This document shows positions 47,841 through 57,419 of a stretch of 64,000 bases of DNA, in pieces. The stretch is from Candidatus Latescibacterota bacterium (GTDB lineage: Bacteria > Latescibacterota > UBA2968 > UBA8231). How positions within the stretch are numbered: the stretch's first letter is position 1; every line of letters starts with the position of its first letter. The stretch spans positions 1,664,001 to 1,728,000 of the forward strand of contig OZ242318.1 of NCBI GenBank assembly GCA_965208105.1, in the 5' to 3' direction. The notes beneath the pieces were generated by a model. That model was not told the origin of the DNA. It saw nothing but the letters and a program-made list of their open reading frames with translations, and ran no database searches. The position numbers were made by a program, and so were the translations under genes.

Positions 47841-50831
47841 CTATATGGGTCTTCCGAACTCGGTGAATCCCACCAGGCACCGCACGAAGAAGCTCCAGCC
47901 GTCGAATCCCTGGAAGTTCTGGAATGCCAGGTCGTACTCCTTCCCGTCCTTGTTGAGCCCGACGATGGTGTACAACTCGTAGCCGAAGTAGCGCGAGCTG
48001 TTGGTCAGGGTGAGGAAGGCGGTGCGCTGCTCGAAGCTGAAGCGGCCTGCCACCCGGTCGTGGCGCCGGTAGGGCATGGGTCCCCATCCCTGCGCTCCCG
48101 CCCGCAGGGTCGTGCGCAGCAGGAGCGGGTACTCGAGGCGAAGGATGGGGATGGAACGCAACTCGTCGCGCACCGCCCGGCCGCGCTCCCGGTCCATCAA
48201 ACGCAGGAGCATGAGTTTGTACTGCGGGGTCACCTTCAGCCGGCCCCATCGCAGGGTGTAGCCCGCGCGGCTGACCAAGGTGAAGAAATCCAGGCGGCGC
48301 TCCTTCTGGAAGAGGCCGTTGTGGAGACGGCCGCCCTGCTGCCAGTTGAAGCGCAGGCGCAGCTTCTGCACCAGGTCGAGGGCGGGCAACGGCCGCAGCC
48401 TGGCCTCGAGGTAGCTCTCGTTGACGTAGCTGTCCTGGTAGAAGAGCAGGTCGGGGACGAAGCGGCTGCTGAAAACCGGCGGATAGTCGTGGATGAAGGC
48501 GTCGATCACGTTGCCCCTGCCGAGGCCGCGAAAGCTGAAGTTGCGCGTCCGGTCCCCCCTGTCGTCCGTGGCCACGTACTCGTCGGCGATGTCGTCCTGC
48601 ACACGGCGCAGGCTGTTCTCGAAAAACACCTGTCTCAGCCGGCCGATGCCCTTGCGCCGGTAAGTCAGCAGGGCGTAAGCCGAGCGGTTGCGGCCCCCCC
48701 CGGCGATCTGCGCGGAGGCGAAACCGCCCAGGGACAGGGACCAGTGGCGGCTCAGGTTGAGTTGCCCGAAGAGGTGGTAGCCGCGCTGGTCGTGGTCGTA
48801 GGGATAGTCCACCTCGCCGTCGTCCTCGCGCGGATCGGGCTCGTCGTTGTGGTTGCGGTCGAGACCGTAGGCGTAGGCGTTGGGCTCCACGTCGTACATG
48901 AGGAATGGCTCGTCCGAATCGGGAATGAGGTCCCCGTCGCGGTTGGTCTCGGGCCAGCCGTCGTTGTCCTCGTCCTGCCCCAGAAATACGCCGTCGAGAT
49001 CATATCCCTGGCTGTCGTTGCCATAGCCCACGAGATTGCCGATGCGCCGGTCGGGAAAGCGGTCGCCGTCGTCGTTGTCCTCCACCAGCTCCCAGTAGAG
49101 GGTAGAGTTGGTGATCCCCATGATATTGGAGTGAAACAGGGCGTCTTCCCAGTGGATATAGGTGCGCATCTCGGTCTGGAAGCCGGGATTGATGGCGAAG
49201 TACTCGGCCCCCGCCCGCCCTCTCTCGAACCAGCGGGTGGCGTTGAGAAAATAGGCCGAACCCCGCTGCGCCGAGGCCGGGCTCTCGTCGAACAGAGGGG
49301 CTCCAACCTGGTGGCCGGGATAGCGCGAGTAGAGGGCCGAGCGCGCGTACTCTCCCGACACCTCGAGGCCGGGAAGGGCCAGCTTCACATCCGCGCTGTA
49401 GGTGAAGATTCCCGTGTTCTCTCCCACGTCGATGCGCCGGCGCCTGAAGTTGCTGAGGTCGCGCACGTTCCCTGCGGCGCGCCGCACCGTCTGGAAGTAG
49501 GTCGCCAGGTACTGGGCGTTGTAGGTCTTTCCGCGTGGATTCTGATTGCTCAAAAGGGCCACCTCGACGAGGAAGTCATTGCCCAGGAACGCCTCCAACT
49601 GCACCGACTCCACCCGCGGCTCCTGCGACAGGTCGAAGACGAATACCAACTGCTCCTCGCCGTCGGCGCGCAAAATCTCCCCGGGAGATTCAACATGGAT
49701 GTTTCCCACCAGCCCCTCGAGGTTGGTGGCCCCGCCCACGTCGATTCCGGCCTCGTGGTCCAGCCGGTAGAGATAGTCCGCGTAGAGGGGAATTTCCCGG
49801 CCGCGAAAAACCGCCGTGTTGGGGATCCGGGTTCTCGGAGAGGTGTAGTTGGTGGGCCGGAAGCTGCCGGTCGCCTGGGAAACGGACCCCACCTGGGGCG
49901 TGATCCCCTGCCAGTGCCGCACGACCCGGGGGCGGATGTCGGTGCGCACCTCGCCGTTGATCACCAGGCTCACCTCCTGCACCACCGCTCCGCCCACGCC
50001 GTCGGCCGGCGAATCGTCGGAAAAGCGCACCAGAATATAGTCCATCAGCGGCTGATCGGGGCGCAGCACTCCCCTGAGGGTATTGCCCTCCCGGATGCTG
50101 TTGTACAGGTGCATGTTGGCCCAGTTCAGGCCCAGGCGCAGGCGCCCCAGGTCCGCCTCGGTGCGGCCGCCCAGAAGCAGAATGGAATCTTCGGCGTAGT
50201 GGGTCTTCTCGATGTTCCAAATCGCCGCCACCTCCTGGTAGGCGTGGGGGCGCTCGATGCGCGAGGCCATGCCGGTGAAACTCAGGCGGGGAATGGCCAG
50301 ATCGAAACGCGCCCCGTTGAAATTCACCTTCGACAGGGTCAGGGGGGTGAAGTGCGCCAGCAGTCCGTCTCCGACCAGCAGGCTGTAGCCCCAACCGCCG
50401 TAGCCGTCCTTGGCCATCACCAGGCTGTCGAAGGACTGAATCCAGGACCCACCACCTTCCTCCACTTCGTTGTCCTTGAAGATGGAGCTGCCGTACTCCT
50501 GACCCGGCTGGCGCCTCTCGTGCCAGTTGTAGAGATCGTAGCCGGTGATCAGGTAGTCGCCCATGGGCCCGTAATATGCCTGCGGCGCCTCTACGAAGGG
50601 CCGGCGGCCCGACCAGGAGTGGTAGGGTGGATAGGAGAAATGCTCGAGGGCGTAGTTGCGGTAGGTCTGGCGGTCCCAGCGCAGGTACGGCCGCGCCGAG
50701 GTCAGATCGGGACTCCCCTGGGTGCGAACCGGAGGGTCCTCTCCACTTGCCGCAGTGCCCACCAGGGTCAGCGACAGGGACACGATCAGGCCGAATGCAG
50801 GCTGGAAACGGGACATGACCTTCTCTCTCAT
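47841..50831 (-). CDS. Large exported protein, uncharacterised ~1000-aa family, paralog B
   Basis: Signal peptide, all family blocks present, C-terminus FFVRCLVGFTEFGRPI. Alternative start at 50816. Confidence 0.88.
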   Translation of the reverse strand: MREKVMSRFQPAFGLIVSLSLTLVGTAASGEDPPVRTQGSPDLTSARPYLRWDRQTYRNYALEHFSYPPYHSWSGRRPFVEAPQAYYGPMGDYLITGYDLYNWHERRQPGQEYGSSIFKDNEVEEGGGSWIQSFDSLVMAKDGYGGWGYSLLVGDGLLAHFTPLTLSKVNFNGARFDLAIPRLSFTGMASRIERPHAYQEVAAIWNIEKTHYAEDSILLLGGRTEADLGRLRLGLNWANMHLYNSIREGNTLRGVLRPDQPLMDYILVRFSDDSPADGVGGAVVQEVSLVINGEVRTDIRPRVVRHWQGITPQVGSVSQATGSFRPTNYTSPRTRIPNTAVFRGREIPLYADYLYRLDHEAGIDVGGATNLEGLVGNIHVESPGEILRADGEEQLVFVFDLSQEPRVESVQLEAFLGNDFLVEVALLSNQNPRGKTYNAQYLATYFQTVRRAAGNVRDLSNFRRRRIDVGENTGIFTYSADVKLALPGLEVSGEYARSALYSRYPGHQVGAPLFDESPASAQRGSAYFLNATRWFERGRAGAEYFAINPGFQTEMRTYIHWEDALFHSNIMGITNSTLYWELVEDNDDGDRFPDRRIGNLVGYGNDSQGYDLDGVFLGQDEDNDGWPETNRDGDLIPDSDEPFLMYDVEPNAYAYGLDRNHNDEPDPREDDGEVDYPYDHDQRGYHLFGQLNLSRHWSLSLGGFASAQIAGGGRNRSAYALLTYRRKGIGRLRQVFFENSLRRVQDDIADEYVATDDRGDRTRNFSFRGLGRGNVIDAFIHDYPPVFSSRFVPDLLFYQDSYVNESYLEARLRPLPALDLVQKLRLRFNWQQGGRLHNGLFQKERRLDFFTLVSRAGYTLRWGRLKVTPQYKLMLLRLMDRERGRAVRDELRSIPILRLEYPLLLRTTLRAGAQGWGPMPYRRHDRVAGRFSFEQRTAFLTLTNSSRYFGYELYTIVGLNKDGKEYDLAFQNFQGFDGWSFFVRCLVGFTEFGRPI

Positions 50832-50917
50832 CTTGCCTCAATCCGGGAAAAACCGCCTGGCGAAAATTTACTGCAATGCATCAATGCGGAACCTTCAGGC
50901 GGCCCCCGGTGCAGGCC

Positions 50918-53900
50918 CTAAATCGCCCTGCCGAACTCGGTGAACCCCACCACACCCCGCACGAAGAGGGACCAGGAATCGAACTCCCTGAAGCGCTGGA
51001 AGTCCTCGTCGAAGTCGGCCTCGTCCCTGCTGATCCCGACGACGGTCGTCAGGTCGTAGCCGAAATAGCGCGACCGGTTGGTCAAGGTCGCGAAAGCAGT
51101 GCGCTGCTCGAAGCTGAAGCGGCTGGCCACCCTGTCCTTGCGCCGGTAGGGAAGCGGACCCCAGCCCTGCAATCCCATCTGCAGCGCGGTGCGGCTGAGG
51201 AGCGCATAGCGCAGGCGCAGAATGGGGATCGATCGGATCTCGTCCTGCAGCTCCAGGTCCCGCTCCCTGTCGCTCAGGCGCAACAGCATGAACTTGAACT
51301 GCGGCGTCGCGCTCAGCTTGCCCCAGCTCCAGGTGTACTCGGCGCGGCTGACCCAGGTCCAGTAGTCCAGCCGGCGCCTCTGCTGGTATAGGCCGCTGTG
51401 GAGCCGCCCGCCCTGCTGCCAGTTGAAGCGAACCCGGAATTTCTGCACCAGATTGAAGGTGGACCAGGGGTTGAGCCTGCCCTCCAGGTAGGTCTCGTTG
51501 ACATAGCTGTCCTGGTAGCGCAGCAGGTCGCTCACGAAGCGGTTGAAGTAGATGGGAGGTCCGTCGCCGAAATAGACCCCCCTGCTGCCTTCATAGAAGA
51601 TGCCGCGGCCGGCGAAATTGTGGATCCGCGGTCCTGGGTCGTCGTCGGTCACCATGTACTCGTCGGCGATGTCGTCCCGGACGCGGCGAAAGTGGTTCTC
51701 GAAAAACAGCCGCCGCAGGCGTTCGACACCCTGCCGCCGGTAGTTGAGCAGGGCATAGGTCGAGCGGTTGCGGCCGTGCCCGGCGATCTGACTTGTGGAA
51801 TAGTGGCCCGCGGCCAGGGACCAGCCCCGGGTGAGGTCCCACTGCCCGAAGAGGTGGTAGCCGCACTGGTCGTAGTCGTAGGGATAGTCCACCTCGCCGT
51901 CGTCCTCGCGCGGGTCCGGCTCGTCGTTGTTGTTGCGGTCGAAGCCGTAGGCGTAGGCGTTGGGCTCCACGTCGTACATCAGGAAGGGCTCGTCGTAGTC
52001 GGGTATCCGGTTGAGATTGCGGTTGGTCTCCGGGATGCCGTCGTTGTCCTCGTCCTGCGCCAGGAACACCCCGTCGGTGTCGAAGCCCAGACCGTCATTG
52101 ATTACGCCGGGAAGATTGCCGAGGCGCCGGTCTGGGTAGCGGTCCCCGTCGTCGTTGTCCTCCACCGTCTGCCAGTAGATGGTCTCGTTGGCCATGCCGA
52201 AAATATTGGTGAAGTACAGGTTAGCCTCCCAGTCCAGGTAGGTGCGCATCTCGGTCTGGAATTCCGGGTTGATGGCGAAATACTCGGCGCCGGCGCGGCC
52301 ACGCTCGAACCAGCGCGTGGCATTGACGAAATAGGCCGCTCCGCGGTCGGCGAAGCGCTCTCCGTCCTCGAAGGAGGGCAGCCCCGCCTCCTGCGCCGGG
52401 TAGCGCGAGTAGAGGCTGGAGCGCGCGTACTCCCCGGTGATCTCCATCCCCGCCAGACGCAGGTTGGCATCGGCGCTGTAGACGAAGTGACCCGTATTCT
52501 CACCGATGTCGATGCGCCTGCGCTTCAGGTTGGAGCCGTCGCGGACGTTGCCTCGGGCGCGCAGAACGGTGCGGTAGAATGTGCTCAGCATGCGCGCTAC
52601 GTAGGTTTTGCCGCTCGGGCTCTGGGTGGACAACAGCGCCACGTCGACCCGGTAGTCGTTGGCCAGGATCGCCTCCACCTGGATTGACTCGACCCGCGGC
52701 TCTCCGGCCACGTTGAAGAGGAAAACCAGTTGCTCCTCGCCGTCTGCATGGAGAGTGGTCCGGGGGGAATCCACCGCCATGTTGTCGAGCAGGACCTCCA
52801 GGTTGGTATCGCCGCTCACGTCGATGCCGGCCTCGTGGTCCAGGTGGTAGAGGTAGTCGGCGTAGAGGGGAATCTCGCGGTCGCGATAGAAGTTGCTGCC
52901 CCACCAACTGCGCCGCGCATTGTAGACGTTGTAGTTGGTGGGGCGAAACTCGCCGGTAGCCTGGGAGAACCTGCCCACCTGGGGACTGATTCCGGCTCGG
53001 TGGCGCACCACATGGGGCACCAGGTCCGGGCGCGCTTCACCGTCGACGACCAGCTGCACCTCCTGCACCACCGCTCCCCCGGTCCCGTCCAGTGGCGAGT
53101 CGTCGGCGAAGCGCACCATGATCCATTCCACCAGCGGCTGGTCCGGACGCAGCCGTCCCTTGAGGCCGTTTCCCGGCCGGGTGCTCTGAAACACGTGCTG
53201 ATTCACCCAGTTCAGGCCCAGTTGCATCCTCCCCAGGTCCGCCTGCAGCCTGCTGCCCAGCAGCAGCACCGAGTCGTCGGCGAAGTGCACGTTTTCCACC
53301 GCCCACACGGGCTTCTCCTCCACGTAGGACTTGGGGCGCTCGACCCGCGACCCCATGGCGGTGAACTGCAGATAGGGGGTCGAGGCATCCAGCCGGACTC
53401 CGTTGAAGTTCACCTTGGACAGGGTCAGAGGCGTGAAGCGGCCCATGAGAGCATCGCCGACGATCAGGCTGTAGCCCCAGTTGCCGTAGCCTTCGCGACC
53501 GATCAACATGCTGTCGAAAAGGGGGATCCACGGTCCCCCCGAGCCCAGTCCCCCGCCCGAATCCTTGAAGATGGCGCTGCCCCACTCCTGGCCGGGGATG
53601 CGGGTCTCCTCCCAAGCGTAGATGGGATAGCCGCTGATCAGATAGTTGCCCATGGGTCCGTAGTAAGCCCGGGGCGCGTCGGCGTAGGGGATGGTGTGGT
53701 CGGGATAGTTAGCGTAGTTGTTCAGGGCGAAGTTGCGGTATGCCGGACGTTCCCAGCGCAGGAAGGGACGGGGCGCCACGGTCTGCTCCAGGGGCAGTTT
53801 CTGCCCTTCGACCGCGAGGGCCCCAAAGACCGCCGCCACGAGCCAGCCTCCCCACCTGAGGGCGCCTCCATCCGTCCCTGTCCTCGGCGGCGGAAATAGT

Positions 53901-53920
53901 CGCATAACCTCTATATACAA
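50918..53920 (-). CDS. Large exported protein, uncharacterised ~1000-aa family, paralog C
   Basis: Hydrophobic leader, all family blocks present, C-terminus LFVRGVVGFTEFGRAI. Alternative start at 53905. Confidence 0.88.
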   Translation of the reverse strand: MYIEVMRLFPPPRTGTDGGALRWGGWLVAAVFGALAVEGQKLPLEQTVAPRPFLRWERPAYRNFALNNYANYPDHTIPYADAPRAYYGPMGNYLISGYPIYAWEETRIPGQEWGSAIFKDSGGGLGSGGPWIPLFDSMLIGREGYGNWGYSLIVGDALMGRFTPLTLSKVNFNGVRLDASTPYLQFTAMGSRVERPKSYVEEKPVWAVENVHFADDSVLLLGSRLQADLGRMQLGLNWVNQHVFQSTRPGNGLKGRLRPDQPLVEWIMVRFADDSPLDGTGGAVVQEVQLVVDGEARPDLVPHVVRHRAGISPQVGRFSQATGEFRPTNYNVYNARRSWWGSNFYRDREIPLYADYLYHLDHEAGIDVSGDTNLEVLLDNMAVDSPRTTLHADGEEQLVFLFNVAGEPRVESIQVEAILANDYRVDVALLSTQSPSGKTYVARMLSTFYRTVLRARGNVRDGSNLKRRRIDIGENTGHFVYSADANLRLAGMEITGEYARSSLYSRYPAQEAGLPSFEDGERFADRGAAYFVNATRWFERGRAGAEYFAINPEFQTEMRTYLDWEANLYFTNIFGMANETIYWQTVEDNDDGDRYPDRRLGNLPGVINDGLGFDTDGVFLAQDEDNDGIPETNRNLNRIPDYDEPFLMYDVEPNAYAYGFDRNNNDEPDPREDDGEVDYPYDYDQCGYHLFGQWDLTRGWSLAAGHYSTSQIAGHGRNRSTYALLNYRRQGVERLRRLFFENHFRRVRDDIADEYMVTDDDPGPRIHNFAGRGIFYEGSRGVYFGDGPPIYFNRFVSDLLRYQDSYVNETYLEGRLNPWSTFNLVQKFRVRFNWQQGGRLHSGLYQQRRRLDYWTWVSRAEYTWSWGKLSATPQFKFMLLRLSDRERDLELQDEIRSIPILRLRYALLSRTALQMGLQGWGPLPYRRKDRVASRFSFEQRTAFATLTNRSRYFGYDLTTVVGISRDEADFDEDFQRFREFDSWSLFVRGVVGFTEFGRAI

Positions 53921-54103
53921 AATGCAGATGGATAATCCAACAGAAAAGGCGGCGGCTCGCGGTTCGAGGTGCGGAGGGTGTCACGGGCAGGCCTGAACGG
54001 GCGCCCCGCCAACTCCTGGCCCCAAAGGAATGCGCAGACCGAGGGCAGCCCCGGATGAGGGAATTCCCCGTTGGGAGGATCCGCGCGGGATGGTGCCCGG
54101 GGC

Positions 54104-57028
54104 CTAGAGGGGCCGGCCGAACTCGCTGAAACCCACGATGCTGCGCACGAAGAAGGTCCAGGAATCGAACTCTCTGAAGCGCTGGATTTCCGCCTCGAAG
54201 TCCTTCTCGTCCCTCTTCGCCCCCACCGTGGTCATCAACTCGTAGCCGAAGTACCTGGTGTAGTTGGTGAGGGTCGCGAAGACGGTGCGCTGGTCGAAAC
54301 TGTTGCGCACGGCGACCCGGTCCCTGCGCTGGTAGGGCAGCGGTCCCGCACCCTGCACCCCGAATTTCAGGATCGTCCGCGGCAACAGGGCGTAGTCCAG
54401 ACGCAGAATGGGGATCGAGCGCATCTCGTCCAGGAAGTCGCGGCCCAGGTCGCGGTCGGTGGAGCGCAGGAGCATGAATTTGTACTGTGGGGTCAGGCTC
54501 AATCTTCCCCAGTTCCAGGTGTAGTCGGTGCGGCTCACCCAGGCCCAGAAGTCGAGCCGGCTGCGGCGCTGAAAAATTCCGGGACGCAGCTCCCCTCCCC
54601 GCTGCCAGTTGAAGCGCAGGCGGAATTTCTCCACCACGTTGAGCCCGGGCCAGAGCCTGAATCTCCCCTCGAGGTAGGTCTCGTTGACGTAGCTGTCCTG
54701 GTAGGGCATCAGGTCGGCGACGATGGTGCTGCTGAAGATGGGAGGCCTGTCCTGTCCGAAGAATTCCACCGTATTGGGGGCGCTGAGTCCGCGGAATGAG
54801 AACAGGTTCGACCGATCCGGGAGTTCGTCCAGGACCACGTAATCGTCCGGGATGTCGTCTTCGACCCGGCGCAGTCCGGTCTCGAAGAAGAGCCGCTGCA
54901 GGCGCTCTATTCCCCGGCGCTGGTAGGTCAGCAGGGCATAGGTGGAGCGGGTGCGCCCGTGTCCGGCGGTCTGCGCCGTGGCGTAATGGCCCGCCGCCAG
55001 GGACCAGTGCCCTCCCAGATCCACCTGTCCGAAGAGGTGATAGCCGCGCTGGTCGGGATCGTAGGGATAATCGTCCTGGGTATCGTCCTCGCGCTGGTCA
55101 GGCTCGTCGTTGTGGTTGCGGTCGAGACCGTAGACGTAGACGTTGGGCTCCACGTCGTACATCAGGAATGGCTCCTCGAAGTCGGGGAGGAAGTCGCCGT
55201 CGCGGTTGACCTCCGGCAGGCCGTCGTTGTCCTCGTCCTGGGCCAGGGTCACCCCATCCAGGTCATAGTCCTGGCTGTCGTTGGTGAATCCCACCAGGTT
55301 GCCGACGCGGCGGTCGGGGAAGCGGTCGCCGTCGTCGTTGTCCTGCACCAGGTCCCAGTAGACCATGTCGTTGTACAGGCCCATGAACGGGCCATTCCAT
55401 AAACTGACCTCCCGGAGCATGTAGGTCCGCATGGTGGTGCTGAAGTCCGGGTTGATCGAAAACCACTCGGCCCCCGCCCGTCCGCGCCCGAACCAGTGCA
55501 GGGCATTGATGTACCAGGCCGAGCCATGCTGCGAGAAAGGTGGGGCTTCATCGAATAGAGGCTGGCCCTCCTGCTGGCCCGGGTAGCGCGAGTAGAGGGC
55601 GGAGCGCCCGTATTCTCCCGTGATCTCGAGGCCGGGCAGCGCCAGCTTCACATCGGCGCTGTAGGTGAAGATGCCGGTATTTTCCCCCACCTTGAAGCGC
55701 ACCCGCCGCAAATTGGACATATCGCGCACGTTGCCCTCCGCGCGCAGCGCGGTCCGGTAGAAGGTGGTCAGATAGCGGGCATGGTAGGTTCTGCCCCGGG
55801 GGTCCTGATCGTTCAGCATGGCCACCTCCACCCGGTAGTCGTCGGCCAGAAGGGCCTCCACTTCCACCGACTCGACCCGCCTTTCGGCGCTGACGTCGAA
55901 AAGGAAGACCAGGTTGTCTTCGCCGTCGGCGCGCAGCAGTCCCCCTGGCGATTCCACCTGGATATTCTCCACCAGGCTTTTCAGGTTGGTGGCCTTGCTC
56001 ACGTCGATGCCGGCCTCGTGGTCCAGGCGGTAGAAATAGTCCGAGTAGAGGGGAATCTCGTCACGGTCCCGGTAGAAGAGCCTGGCGCCGCGAAAGGCCG
56101 TATAGTTCTGGGCGCGGAAGCGGCCGGTGGCCTGCAGCACCGATCCCACCTGGGGGGTGAGGCCGCCCCGGTGGCGCACCACCTGCGGAACCAGGTCCGG
56201 GCGCAGCTCGCCGTTGACCACCAGCCGCACCTCCTGCACTGCGGCTCCCCCCAGGCCGTCCCGCGGCGAATCGTCCGAGAAACGCACCACGATCCAGTCC
56301 ATCAGGGGCTGGTCCGGACGCAGCCGCCCCTTGAGGCTGTTTCCGGGCTGGGTGCTCTGGTAGATATGGGAGTTCGCCCCGTTCAACCCCATTCGAAGGA
56401 TCCCCAGGTCGAACTGCAGGCGGCTGCCCAGAAGCAGAACCGAGTCGTCGGCATAGTGGGTCTTTTCGATGGCCCAGGGAGCCGGCACCTCCTGGTAGTT
56501 GTGCGGGCGCTCGATGCGCGAGGCCATTCCGGTCAACTGCAGCCTGGGAGTGGAAAGGTCCATCCGCATGCCGTTGAAATTCGTCCTCGACAAGGTCAGG
56601 GGAGAGAGGCGAGCGACCATTCCATCCCCCACCATCAGGCTGTAGCCCCAATTGCCGTAGCCGTCCCGTCCCACCACCAGGGCGTCGTAGACTTTTTCCC
56701 AGATGAGCTGGTACATCTCGTTGGGCTTGTAGATGGAGCTGCCGAATTCCTGTCCGGGGAAGCGGGTCTCCTTCCAGCTGTAGAGGTCGTAGCCGGAGAT
56801 GAGGAAGTCGCCCATGGGCCCGTAGTAGGCGCGCGGCGAGTCTTCGTAGGGAATGGTATGGTTGGGATAGTTGACGTAGGGGCGCAGGGCGAAATTGCGG
56901 TAGTCCGGCCGCTCCCAGCGCAGGAAGGGGCGCGCCGTGGGTATCTCCTCGGCTCCCCCGGTGCGCGACTCTTCGGCATGGGAGCCGGCCCCCGAAAGCA
57001 GCAGGGCAAGGGCCAATCTCCAGCGCAT
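54104..57028 (-). CDS. Large exported protein, uncharacterised ~1000-aa family, paralog D
   Basis: Start at ATG 57028 gives the signal peptide MRWRLALALLLSGAGSHA. Family blocks present. C-terminus FFVRSIVGFSEFGRPL. Confidence 0.88.
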   Translation of the reverse strand: MRWRLALALLLSGAGSHAEESRTGGAEEIPTARPFLRWERPDYRNFALRPYVNYPNHTIPYEDSPRAYYGPMGDFLISGYDLYSWKETRFPGQEFGSSIYKPNEMYQLIWEKVYDALVVGRDGYGNWGYSLMVGDGMVARLSPLTLSRTNFNGMRMDLSTPRLQLTGMASRIERPHNYQEVPAPWAIEKTHYADDSVLLLGSRLQFDLGILRMGLNGANSHIYQSTQPGNSLKGRLRPDQPLMDWIVVRFSDDSPRDGLGGAAVQEVRLVVNGELRPDLVPQVVRHRGGLTPQVGSVLQATGRFRAQNYTAFRGARLFYRDRDEIPLYSDYFYRLDHEAGIDVSKATNLKSLVENIQVESPGGLLRADGEDNLVFLFDVSAERRVESVEVEALLADDYRVEVAMLNDQDPRGRTYHARYLTTFYRTALRAEGNVRDMSNLRRVRFKVGENTGIFTYSADVKLALPGLEITGEYGRSALYSRYPGQQEGQPLFDEAPPFSQHGSAWYINALHWFGRGRAGAEWFSINPDFSTTMRTYMLREVSLWNGPFMGLYNDMVYWDLVQDNDDGDRFPDRRVGNLVGFTNDSQDYDLDGVTLAQDEDNDGLPEVNRDGDFLPDFEEPFLMYDVEPNVYVYGLDRNHNDEPDQREDDTQDDYPYDPDQRGYHLFGQVDLGGHWSLAAGHYATAQTAGHGRTRSTYALLTYQRRGIERLQRLFFETGLRRVEDDIPDDYVVLDELPDRSNLFSFRGLSAPNTVEFFGQDRPPIFSSTIVADLMPYQDSYVNETYLEGRFRLWPGLNVVEKFRLRFNWQRGGELRPGIFQRRSRLDFWAWVSRTDYTWNWGRLSLTPQYKFMLLRSTDRDLGRDFLDEMRSIPILRLDYALLPRTILKFGVQGAGPLPYQRRDRVAVRNSFDQRTVFATLTNYTRYFGYELMTTVGAKRDEKDFEAEIQRFREFDSWTFFVRSIVGFSEFGRPL

Positions 57029-57419
57029 GAACCTGGACAGAAAGGACGCGATCGCGAAATTTCCGGTTATGTGCTCAGAATTACGTGCCAAACCCGTTCT
57101 TTTCGAAATCTGGCTTCCGAGGCAGGGTCTTCCGTCAGATATACAGGAACAGGCATCGGGCAACCCCGCGATTCCGGGAACCTTAATTCCGAGGAATCGA
57201 TCAGAAAGGGTAAATTTAGAAAAACCCGGGGGAAGCGACAATTCCTCCCAGGCAACTCCTTCCCGAATGAACGGGGATCGAGTCAGGCCCTTTCCCGCTT
57301 GCACCTGCCAGCAAGCGAGCCTATAATGTCTGCAGAGGCACGGTCGGACCGCTTCGGCGCACGGTTTTCCGGCCGGAAAAGGCAAGTGAGACCGAAACCT
57401 ACCGTGAGGAAAATTTGAA

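Noticed and set aside
47814-50921. Long antisense ORFs (1035 aa here; also 1257-3191, 28343-30283, 46142-47791 and others)
   Set aside because: They are shadows of high-GC coding genes and carry no motifs; the opposite frame holds the recognisable proteins.
57070-57095. Sigma54 promoter (TGGCACG on the minus strand)
   Set aside because: No GC dinucleotide at the -12 position.
57029-57385. 118-aa N-terminal extension of paralog D
   Set aside because: No counterpart in the paralogs, and a good signal peptide starts at 57028. The region looks like a divergent promoter gap.
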